Positions 54,497-62,269 of a DNA stretch of 64,000 bases are shown here, piece after piece. The stretch lies in assembly GCA_041913905.1 (NCBI GenBank), contig JAYSEK010000024.1, positions 2,862-66,861 of the forward strand, given 5' to 3'. The notes under the pieces are model-generated. The model saw only the letters and a program-made list of their open reading frames with translations, searched no databases and was not told the DNA's origin. The stretch's first letter is position 1; each line of letters begins with the position of its first letter. Made by a program: the position numbers and the translations under genes. Origin of the DNA: Burkholderiaceae bacterium. GTDB taxonomy: Bacteria > Pseudomonadota > Gammaproteobacteria > Burkholderiales > Burkholderiaceae_C.

Positions 54497-54613
54497 ACTT
54501 GTGAGTCCTCTGGCGAAAGCATGTCTAAGTCTTTGAAAGCACAGGCTTTGCATTGCATTGCTCAAGATTTCAGCAGCAGAGCTGCCACCAGTTCCTGACC
54601 ACGGAGGCCTGAG

Positions 54614-55546
54614 ATGCGGGGGAACGCGGAGGGGGGCGCTGTGTTCTGGCCGCTAAAATCGCGCGATTTGCAGCCAATGGCCGTATTCATGGGGCAGGGA
54701 ACCATTTCGCAGAAGTCAGAGAAACCCGCTCAGGGCAGGGAATCGGCCACGACCGATGTGTTCGAGCTTCGCAGTGCTTCCATCGGCGCCTTCAGCCTGG
54801 TGCTGCGCAGTGGCGACCTGACCCAGTTGGCGCAGGCCTTGCAGCAGCGCCTGGGTGACACGCCGGAGGTTTTCAACCAGGATCCCGTGGTGCTGGACCT
54901 GAGCCAGCTGCCGGCCGATTCCCAGCCGGCCGACGATGGCCAATTGAGCCTGGAAGTGAGCCTGGAAGCCGCCGCCGCAGCACTGGACTTCCCCGCGCTG
55001 ATCGCCTTGCTGCGGCGTTTCCGCATGCAGGCGGTGGCCGTCAGCGGGGCATCGGCTGAGCAGTTGGCGGCGGCTCAAGCGGCGGGTCTGGCGGAGGCCG
55101 ATGCACCGGCGCCGCGGGCCGAGTCGCCGCGCGTCGAGACCGTGGTCAAGGAGGTGGTGCGCGAGGTGATCGTGGAGCGCGAGGTGCCGGTGGCGATGCC
55201 TTCCGAACCCAGCCGCACCTTGATCCTCGACAAGCCCCTGCGTTCCGGCCAGCAGGTCTACGCCAAGGGGGCGGACCTGGTGGTGATGGCCCTGGTCAAC
55301 CACGGGGCCGAAGTCATTGCCGACGGCAACATCCACGTTTACGCCCCTCTGCGCGGCAAGGCCATTGCCGGTGCGCGCGGCAATACCGAGGCGCGCATCT
55401 TTGCGGCCAGCCTGGAAGCCGAACTGATCGCCATCGCCGGCATCTACCGCACCACCGAGAACCCCCTGCCCGCTGAGGTGCTGGGCAAGCCGGCCCAAGT
55501 CCGGCTGGAGGGCGAGAAGCTGGTGATGGAAGCCCTGAAACTCTGA
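54614..55546 (+). CDS. minC: Septum site-determining protein MinC (310 aa as drawn)
   Basis: N-terminus FELRSASIGAFSLVLRSGDLTQLAQAL. C-terminal beta-helix (LRSGQQVYAKGADLVVMALVNHGAEVIADGNIHVYAPLRGKAIAG). The start is uncertain: ATG at 54614 has a GGAGG RBS; alternatives at 54677 and 54689. Confidence 0.88.
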   Translation: MRGNAEGGAVFWPLKSRDLQPMAVFMGQGTISQKSEKPAQGRESATTDVFELRSASIGAFSLVLRSGDLTQLAQALQQRLGDTPEVFNQDPVVLDLSQLPADSQPADDGQLSLEVSLEAAAAALDFPALIALLRRFRMQAVAVSGASAEQLAAAQAAGLAEADAPAPRAESPRVETVVKEVVREVIVEREVPVAMPSEPSRTLILDKPLRSGQQVYAKGADLVVMALVNHGAEVIADGNIHVYAPLRGKAIAGARGNTEARIFAASLEAELIAIAGIYRTTENPLPAEVLGKPAQVRLEGEKLVMEALKL

Positions 55547-55598
55547 GCCGTCCGCTGTCGGGACGGCCGATCAACTTGATGAAGAAGGAAGGCAATCG

Positions 55599-56414
<816 letters not shown>

Positions 56415-56427
56415 AGGAGCGTCCGCA

Positions 56428-56688
56428 ATGGGTTTCCTCTCGTTTTTCATTGGTGAGAAGAAAAGCACGGCCAGCGTCGCCAAGGAGCGCCTGCAGCTGA
56501 TTCTTGCGCACGAGCGCAACGGTCGCAGCGCCAGCCCCGATTACCTGCCGCAACTGCAGAAGGAGCTGGTGGCGGTGATCTCCAAGTACGTCTCCATCAA
56601 CCCGGACGACATCAAGGTGCACATGGAGCGCCAGGACAACCTCGAAGTGCTGGAGGTCAAGATCGAGCTGCCGGAGCCGGGCCGCTGA
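56428..56688 (+). CDS. minE: Cell division topological specificity factor MinE (86 aa)
   Basis: [39 protein letters not shown]. Follows minD. Confidence 0.95.
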   Translation: MGFLSFFIGEKKSTASVAKERLQLILAHERNGRSASPDYLPQLQKELVAVISKYVSINPDDIKVHMERQDNLEVLEVKIELPEPGR

Positions 56689-56712
56689 ATCATTGAGCGC
56701 TGAACGTGCAAA

Positions 56713-56743
56713 GGGCCGGTCGTCTGACCGGCCCTTTGTGCTT
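56713..56743. terminator. Terminator hairpin shared by minE (+) and the acyltransferase gene (-)
   Basis: GGGCCGGTC-gtct-GACCGGCCC followed by TTTGTGCTT on the plus strand and preceded by GCAAA. Confidence 0.75.
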
Positions 56744-56761
56744 GTGCGGGGCGAACCGCCC

Positions 56762-57382
56762 TCAGGCGTGGTCGAACTGCTGGGCGTTCTTGCCCTTGAA
56801 CGGGGCGTAGAAGGCCTTGATCTTGGCCATGTCGGCCTCGATGTCGCCCGTGGGGATGAAGACCGGTCCCAGGCCACTGAGCTTGCGGGCGTAGTCCATG
56901 TACGCCATCACGATGGGCACCTCGGCGGTGACGGCGATCCAGTAGAAGCCGGTCTTCCAGTAGCGGGTCTTGCTGCGCGTGCCTTCGGGCGGCACCACCA
57001 ACTGCAGTGGGCCATCGGCGGCCTTGAGGGCTTCGGCGGAGGCCGCCACCAGGTTGTTGCTCTTCTCCCGCTGCACGGCGATGCCGCCCAGCCAGCGCAT
57101 GATGGGACCGAAGGGGAAGCGGAAGATCTGCGCCTTGCCCATCCAGTAGATGTTCAGGCGCAGCGCGAAGGCCACCATCAGCGTGTAGGGCAGGTCCCAG
57201 TTGCTGGTATGCGGGGCGGCGATCAGCACGCACTTGTCCTGCCCGGGCGGCAGCTCGCCATCCAGCTTCCAGCCGGTCAGGCGCAAAAAGCCCACCGAGA
57301 AAGCCCGCAGCACGGAGTTGACGACGGGGGTGGTGAAGATCGTGCGCTGCATGCGGGTGGGGCGAAAGAGAAAACCCGCCAT
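56762..57382 (-). CDS. PlsC-type lysophospholipid acyltransferase (~206 aa)
   Basis: HxxxxD motif (APHTSNWD) and PEGTR motif. The start is uncertain (ATGs at 57352, 57382, 57415). Confidence 0.8.
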   Translation of the reverse strand: MAGFLFRPTRMQRTIFTTPVVNSVLRAFSVGFLRLTGWKLDGELPPGQDKCVLIAAPHTSNWDLPYTLMVAFALRLNIYWMGKAQIFRFPFGPIMRWLGGIAVQREKSNNLVAASAEALKAADGPLQLVVPPEGTRSKTRYWKTGFYWIAVTAEVPIVMAYMDYARKLSGLGPVFIPTGDIEADMAKIKAFYAPFKGKNAQQFDHA

Positions 57383-57490
57383 TATCCCGCCAGGCACGCC
57401 GCGCCCCTTGCCCATTTCTAGAGCAGGCCAACAAAATCCGTGAAGAAACAAGCACTTGCCTCATCGCTGCAAAGGCCATGCACGGACTTG

Positions 57491-57507
57491 TCCACAGGCG
57501 CTGTGGA
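57491..57507. repeat. Perfect palindrome TCCACAG-gcg-CTGTGGA just after the ferredoxin stop
   Basis: 7-bp arms with a 3-nt spacer, 4 nt from the stop codon, no U-tract. The arm CTGTGGA is the same core seen in the 53.8-54.5 kb motif copies. Confidence 0.5.
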
Positions 57508-57511
57508 TGGC

Positions 57512-57844
57512 TCAGCCATGGCCGTCCGCGGGCTCTTCCAGGCTTTCATCCGCGGCTGCCTCGATCCGCAGGTCGGAGCAGGGCCGAGCTACGCAGGGCA
57601 GGAACCAGCCCTCGGCTTTCTCTTCGGCACTCAAGCCCGGCCACTCGATCAGGTACTCGACCTGGCCGGACAACAGCCGTCGCATGCAGGCCCGGCAGGT
57701 GCCGGCGCGACAGGAACTCAGCAGCCCGCCGCCTTCGCGCAGGCTGGCGCGCAGCACGGTGAGATCGGCAGGGCAGTCGAAGCCGTCCTCGGGCTGGCCG
57801 GGATGGAACTGGATGCGGTAAAGATCGGACGTTTGTGGTGGCAT
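57512..57844 (-). CDS. Plant-type [2Fe-2S] ferredoxin-like protein (110 aa)
   Basis: The Cys pattern C-x4-C-x2-C-x29-C (SCRAGTCRAC...LPCVA) is typical of 2Fe-2S ferredoxin folds. ATG at 57844; the longer ORF-track version was rejected. Confidence 0.75.
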   Translation of the reverse strand: MPPQTSDLYRIQFHPGQPEDGFDCPADLTVLRASLREGGGLLSSCRAGTCRACMRRLLSGQVEYLIEWPGLSAEEKAEGWFLPCVARPCSDLRIEAAADESLEEPADGHG

Positions 57845-57980
57845 CGGCACATGATGCCAGCCTGCGCCAGGCTTTCGTGAAATGCGAGACAGCCTGGCCC
57901 GCAAACGCTTGGCGCTGGTTCGGCAGCCGGCGCACACTGGGTGCCGCATGCACGCTGCGCGCCCCCACCCCGAACTGGAA

Positions 57981-58487
57981 ATGACGCTGGCCAGTGCCTG
58001 GTCATCGCTGGCGGGGGAGCGCTGCGCCTTCACCAGCCTGGACACCATGCCCGACATCCAGCCCGGTGATGCCTGTTTCCGCCTGCCGGTGTTGCGCCCG
58101 GACGGCCTGGAGGCGGGCCGGGTGCTTCTGGTGCTGGGTGATGAAGAGTCGCACCAGCTGGGGGCCTCGATGTTCGGCCTGCCGCTGGATGAACTCGGTC
58201 CCTCCGAACTCGACGACGCCACGGCCGAGCTCTGCAACATCTTCGGCAGCTGCTTGGTGAAGGCGCTGGATGCTCACCCACAGCTGGAACTGGGCCTGCC
58301 CCGGCGGGCCAGCGCAGGGGCCGTAGAAGCGCTCTGCAGCCTGAGCATGCCGCACCTGATGCTGGCAGCGACGATGGGGCCGCAGCGTGTCGTCGTGGCC
58401 TACTTCGACCGCGAATGCGGTGCCGAACATTTGGACGAACCGCAAGCATTTCCGCCTTCCAAGGATCCGCGCCATGGTCGCCCATAG
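57981..58487 (+). CDS. CheX/CheC-family phosphatase-like protein (168 aa)
   Basis: DATAELCNIFGSCLV...(20 aa)...P fits the CheC/CheX/FliY signature [DS]-x3-E-x2-N-x22-P apart from spacing. It is preceded by LLVLGDEESHQLGASMFG, typical of the CheX fold. The start is uncertain (ATGs at 57882, 57948, 57981). Confidence 0.6.
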   Translation: MTLASAWSSLAGERCAFTSLDTMPDIQPGDACFRLPVLRPDGLEAGRVLLVLGDEESHQLGASMFGLPLDELGPSELDDATAELCNIFGSCLVKALDAHPQLELGLPRRASAGAVEALCSLSMPHLMLAATMGPQRVVVAYFDRECGAEHLDEPQAFPPSKDPRHGRP

Positions 58488-59394
58488 CCCCCCTTCGCTG
58501 CGCGTGCTGGTCGTCGACGACAGCCGCGCCATCCAGGCCATCATCGCCCGCGTGCTGGAGAACGCCGGCCTGGGCCCCATGGTGATCGAGACGGCAGGCA
58601 ACGGGGAGCAGGCCCTGCGCATGGTCACGGCGCAGCCGCCGGATCTGGTCATCTCCGACTGGCACATGCCCGTGGTCAGCGGCATCGAGATGCTGCAGAC
58701 GCTGCGGCAGCTCGGCGGCGGCACGGTCAAGGTCGGTTTCGTGACCACGGAGACGGCCGAGCGGCACCTGGACCAGGCACGCAGCAATGGCGCGGTCTTC
58801 GTGATCAACAAGCCTTTCAAGGACGAAGACCTGCTGCGCGAGGTGCAAAAGGCGCTGGCCGAACGCGTGCAGCAGCTCAAGGCGCCGCCCCCGCCACCGG
58901 CCGGCACGCCCTCGGCGCTGGAGTCCGAAGCCGCGCTGACCGCGCTGGTCAAGCTGCAGATGGGGCAGATTCCCTTCCGCTTGATCGCGGCCCCCGGGCA
59001 GGCGCTGGAGGATTTGAAGCTGCCGCATGACCTGGCGGTCTATGCGCTGGATGGCCAGAAGACGCCCTACGCGCTGGGCATTCTCGACGTCAACGCCTGC
59101 TGCATCCTGGGCGGCGGCGGCGCGCGCCTGCAGCCGCCGCCGGTGCGCCAGGCCATGCAGGCCGGCAAGCCTGCGCCGGAGATGATGCAGTTCGCCGACC
59201 ATTTCCTGCGCTCGGCGGCGGGCATTCTTTGCCATGCCGAGGGCATGGGTGCGCCGGCGCTGCGCATCGTCAACCTGGTGCCCAAGCCCTTTGACAAGCT
59301 GCAGGCGCTGCTGGTGCGCAATCGCGGGCGCAGCGACTACCGCATTGCAGTTCCCGGCTACGGCGAGGGGAGGTTGGCATTCATTCGCTGCTGA
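58474..59394 (+). CDS. Response regulator: CheY-like REC plus a ~170-aa C-terminal domain of unknown function (306 aa)
   Basis: REC: RVLVVDDSRAIQAII...DLVISDWHMPVVSGIEML...GFVTTE...VINKPF. The C-terminal half matches no motif I recognise. It overlaps the CheX-like gene by 14 nt. AAGGA RBS. Confidence 0.85.
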   Translation: MVAHSPPSLRVLVVDDSRAIQAIIARVLENAGLGPMVIETAGNGEQALRMVTAQPPDLVISDWHMPVVSGIEMLQTLRQLGGGTVKVGFVTTETAERHLDQARSNGAVFVINKPFKDEDLLREVQKALAERVQQLKAPPPPPAGTPSALESEAALTALVKLQMGQIPFRLIAAPGQALEDLKLPHDLAVYALDGQKTPYALGILDVNACCILGGGGARLQPPPVRQAMQAGKPAPEMMQFADHFLRSAAGILCHAEGMGAPALRIVNLVPKPFDKLQALLVRNRGRSDYRIAVPGYGEGRLAFIRC

Positions 59395-59406
59395 TGTTGC
59401 CGATAA
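59381..59406 (+). promoter_or_regulatory. Candidate sigma-28 promoter (perfect -10, weak -35) before the coiled-coil gene
   Basis: GCCGATAA at 59399-59406, 50 nt upstream of the ATG at 59456. The only -35-like element is TCAT at 59381, with spacing 1-2 nt shorter than in the other sigma-28 promoters of this window. Confidence 0.35.
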
Positions 59407-59455
59407 GAGCCTTGGGCGCAGCCTCGCGCCGGGAAAGGAACAGGTCGCTCTGATC

Positions 59456-60574
59456 ATGGCGCTGGAGTTTTCGCTCGACAGCCTGGCGGTGGTGTCCGTC
59501 TTCGTGGCCAACGCCGCGGTGATGGTGATCACCATCGGCACCTACTGGCGGATGACGCGCTACGAGCAGAGCAACCACATCCACATCGTCAACGCCCTGC
59601 GCGAGACCCGCGATGCCGGGCGCGAGATGAAGATCGCGGCCCATGAGCTGATCCGCGTGGCGGAGCGCGGCGGCCTGGTGGGTGGGGGCGGCGGCGGCAG
59701 CCTGGGGGCGGACGACGTGCGCCAGCTGGACGAGCTGATGAAGCTGGTGCGCGGCCTGCTGGATGCCTACGGCGCGCAGGACGACGACGGCGCTGCGGCC
59801 GACGAGGCCGACGACGCCCGCTGGCCCGACTCGGTCCATGAGATGAGCAGCGAGCTGATGGAGCAATTGCGGCGCAGCCATCGCAACGAGGTGGACCGCC
59901 TGGTGGCGCAGCGGCGGCGCATGCAGGTGGAGCTGGGCCTGACGCGCGAGCGCCTGGATGACGCACTCAAGCAGCTGAGCGCCTCGCGCCACCGCGGTGG
60001 CGGCTCGGCCGGGTCCGGCCCGGAGCTGCAGGTGCTGCGCCAGCAGCTGGATTCCGTGCGCACGCAGCTGCAGCAGGCGCAGGACCGGCAGTACCTGGCC
60101 GAGACCCGCGCCGAGAAGGCCGAGCGCACGAACGCCAAGCTGCAGAAGGAGCTGGAGGAGCTGGCCCTCGCGCCCAAGCCCGCCGCACAGAATGCCCATG
60201 CGCCGGAGATGATGAAGCTGCTGGAGCGCGAGGCCCTGATGCTGCGCGAGCAGCTGGCCGAGGCGGAACGCACCATCCAGAAGCTGCGTGCCGAGCTGGC
60301 AGCGCTGGCCGCGAATCCGCCCGAGCATGTGGACGAGCAGGCCATGGACGAGATCCGCGAGCGCCTGGAGCGCGAGGTCGAACAGCTGCGCGGCAAGATC
60401 GACGACCTGCAGGACGCCCTGAAGCGCAACCAGGTCGAGAAGGACTTCATCGAGGAGCACTACCTCAAGGAAGCGCAGAAGAACGACGAGGCACGCCAGA
60501 ACGAGGCGCGCCTGGAGGCCGAGGCCGCGGCGGCGGCCATGGAGTTCGTGGGCAAGACGCCCGGCGGGCGTTGA
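59456..60574 (+). CDS. Membrane-anchored long coiled-coil protein, function unknown (372 aa)
   Basis: One N-terminal hydrophobic segment (LAVVSVFVANAAVMVITIGTYW), then a Gly-run and an acidic linker. This is followed by ~250 aa of heptad-like E/R/Q/L/A-rich sequence (LQQAQDRQYLAETRAEKAERTNAKLQKELEEL...). Confidence 0.7.
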   Translation: MALEFSLDSLAVVSVFVANAAVMVITIGTYWRMTRYEQSNHIHIVNALRETRDAGREMKIAAHELIRVAERGGLVGGGGGGSLGADDVRQLDELMKLVRGLLDAYGAQDDDGAAADEADDARWPDSVHEMSSELMEQLRRSHRNEVDRLVAQRRRMQVELGLTRERLDDALKQLSASRHRGGGSAGSGPELQVLRQQLDSVRTQLQQAQDRQYLAETRAEKAERTNAKLQKELEELALAPKPAAQNAHAPEMMKLLEREALMLREQLAEAERTIQKLRAELAALAANPPEHVDEQAMDEIRERLEREVEQLRGKIDDLQDALKRNQVEKDFIEEHYLKEAQKNDEARQNEARLEAEAAAAAMEFVGKTPGGR

Positions 60575-60714
60575 GCGCTGCGGCTCGCGCGCTGTGCGGG
60601 GCCAGGTCTTGCCCTGCCGGCTGAGGGACAATCAGCGGTTCCCCTTTTTTGCTTCCCCGGCGTCCCCCGGCATGCTCCCGCCGATTGGGCGGACTCCTGG
60701 CGCTGCTCCTGACC

Positions 60715-61230
60715 ATGCTCAAGTACCTGGCCGGCTATCCGGCTGCCCTCCAGGCCCAAGTCCTGCAGATGATCGACGCCGGGCGCCTGGGCGACTATCT
60801 GTCCGAGCGCTATGCCGAGCCGCACACGGTGCAGAGCGATCGCGCGCTGTTCGACTACACGCAGGCGCTCAAGCAGCGTCATCTGCGCAATGCGGCGCCG
60901 CTGGACAAGGTCTGCTATGACAGCAAGCTCAAGGTGGTCCAGCACGCGCTGGGCACGCACACCCGGGCCACGCGGGTGCAGGGCAGCCAGCTCAAGAGCC
61001 GGCGCGAGATCCGCATCGCGAGCCTGTTCCGCGAGGCGCCGGCCGACTTCCTGAAGATGATCGTGGTCCATGAGCTGGCGCACCTGAAGGAGCTGGATCA
61101 CAGCAAGGCCTTCTACCAGCTGTGCCAGCACATGGAGCCCCGCTACGGCCAGCTGGAGCTGGACCTGCGCCTGTACCTGACCTGGCGCGAGCTGCCCGCG
61201 GCGGCGCCCGTGGCGGAGGCTGCACCATGA
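60715..61230 (+). CDS. DUF45/YgjP-like (M48-type) metal-dependent hydrolase (171 aa)
   Basis: HELAHLKELDHSKAFY is the HExxH...H signature of the YgjP/DUF45 family. ATG at 60715. Confidence 0.75.
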   Translation: MLKYLAGYPAALQAQVLQMIDAGRLGDYLSERYAEPHTVQSDRALFDYTQALKQRHLRNAAPLDKVCYDSKLKVVQHALGTHTRATRVQGSQLKSRREIRIASLFREAPADFLKMIVVHELAHLKELDHSKAFYQLCQHMEPRYGQLELDLRLYLTWRELPAAAPVAEAAP

Positions 61231-62261
61231 TTCTGCTGGCGCCCATGGAGGGCCTGCTGGACCACATGCTGCGCGACGTGCTGACCCGCGTGGGCGGCAT
61301 CGACCGCTGTGTCAGCGAGTTCATCCGCATCACCGACATGCTGCTGCCGCGGCGCGTCTTCACCCGCATCGTGCCCGAGCTGCTGCAGGGCGGGCGCACG
61401 CCGGCGGGCGTGCCCGTGCGTGCCCAGCTGCTGGGCTCGGACCCCGTCTGCATGGCCGAGAACGCCGCACGGCTGGCGGAGCTGAACCCTGCCGGCATCG
61501 ACCTCAACTTCGGCTGTCCCGCCAAGTGCGTCAACCGCCACCGCGGCGGCGCGGTGCTGCTGGACGAGCCGGAGCTGATCGCCGAGATCGTGGCCGCGGT
61601 GCGCCGCGCCATCCCGGCCGGCATGCCGCTGTCGGCCAAGATGCGTCTGGGCTACATGGACCAGTCGCGCACGCTGGACTGCGCCCGTGCCATGGCCGAA
61701 GCGGGTGCCGAGGAACTGGTGATCCATGCCCGCACCAAGGCCGATGGCTACAAGCCGCCCGCCTACTGGGACCGCATCGCCCACGTGCGCGAGGCCCTGG
61801 GCCCCGCCGTGGCGGTGGTGGCCAACGGCGAGGTCTGGACCGTGGATGACGCACTGCGCTGCCGGCGGGAATCGGGCTGTGACGCGCTGATGCTGGGTCG
61901 CGGCATGGTGGCCAACCCGGGGCTGGCGCTGGCCGTGCGCGGGCTGGCCGGCGGCGAAGGCGCGGGGCTTGACTGGGGCGCCTTGCAGCCGCTGATGCTG
62001 CAGTTCTGGCGCCAGGTGCAGACCCACGTCCAGCCCAAACACCAGGCCGGACGGCTCAAGCAATGGCTGCATTACCTGCGCCGCCACTACCCGGAGGCGG
62101 GCGAGGCCTACCAGCGGGTGCGGACGCTGAATGCCCCGGCCGAGCTGGAGTCGGCCTACTTCGGGGCGCTGGCTCGGCCGGGCGCAGTTCGCCCCGGCGA
62201 CGCCCAGCGCGAGCGCCCCCCGGTGCAAGCCCCGAGGCTGCTGGCCGAAGGCTGCGCTTAG
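61227..62261 (+). CDS. dusC: tRNA-dihydrouridine synthase, DusC-like (344 aa)
   Basis: MILLAPMEGLLDHMLRDVLT...DLNFGCPAKCVNRHRGGAVLL...IHARTK. ATGA overlap with the preceding gene. Confidence 0.85.
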   Translation: MILLAPMEGLLDHMLRDVLTRVGGIDRCVSEFIRITDMLLPRRVFTRIVPELLQGGRTPAGVPVRAQLLGSDPVCMAENAARLAELNPAGIDLNFGCPAKCVNRHRGGAVLLDEPELIAEIVAAVRRAIPAGMPLSAKMRLGYMDQSRTLDCARAMAEAGAEELVIHARTKADGYKPPAYWDRIAHVREALGPAVAVVANGEVWTVDDALRCRRESGCDALMLGRGMVANPGLALAVRGLAGGEGAGLDWGALQPLMLQFWRQVQTHVQPKHQAGRLKQWLHYLRRHYPEAGEAYQRVRTLNAPAELESAYFGALARPGAVRPGDAQRERPPVQAPRLLAEGCA

Positions 62262-62269
62262 CATCGCGC

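Noticed and set aside
53608-54565. Small ORFs in the non-coding spacer (53608-53865, 53748-54014, 53852-54136, 54284-54565, 54339-54536)
   Set aside because: They show atypical codon usage (low GC3), mutual overlap, no RBS and no recognisable motifs. The region is better explained as non-coding regulatory DNA.
57845-58240. Upstream extension of the ferredoxin ORF (242-aa version, 57512-58240)
   Set aside because: The extension is Ser/Arg/Pro-rich, overlaps the CheX-like gene on the opposite strand, and lacks any domain. The 110-aa version from the ATG at 57844 contains the complete 2Fe-2S Cys motif.
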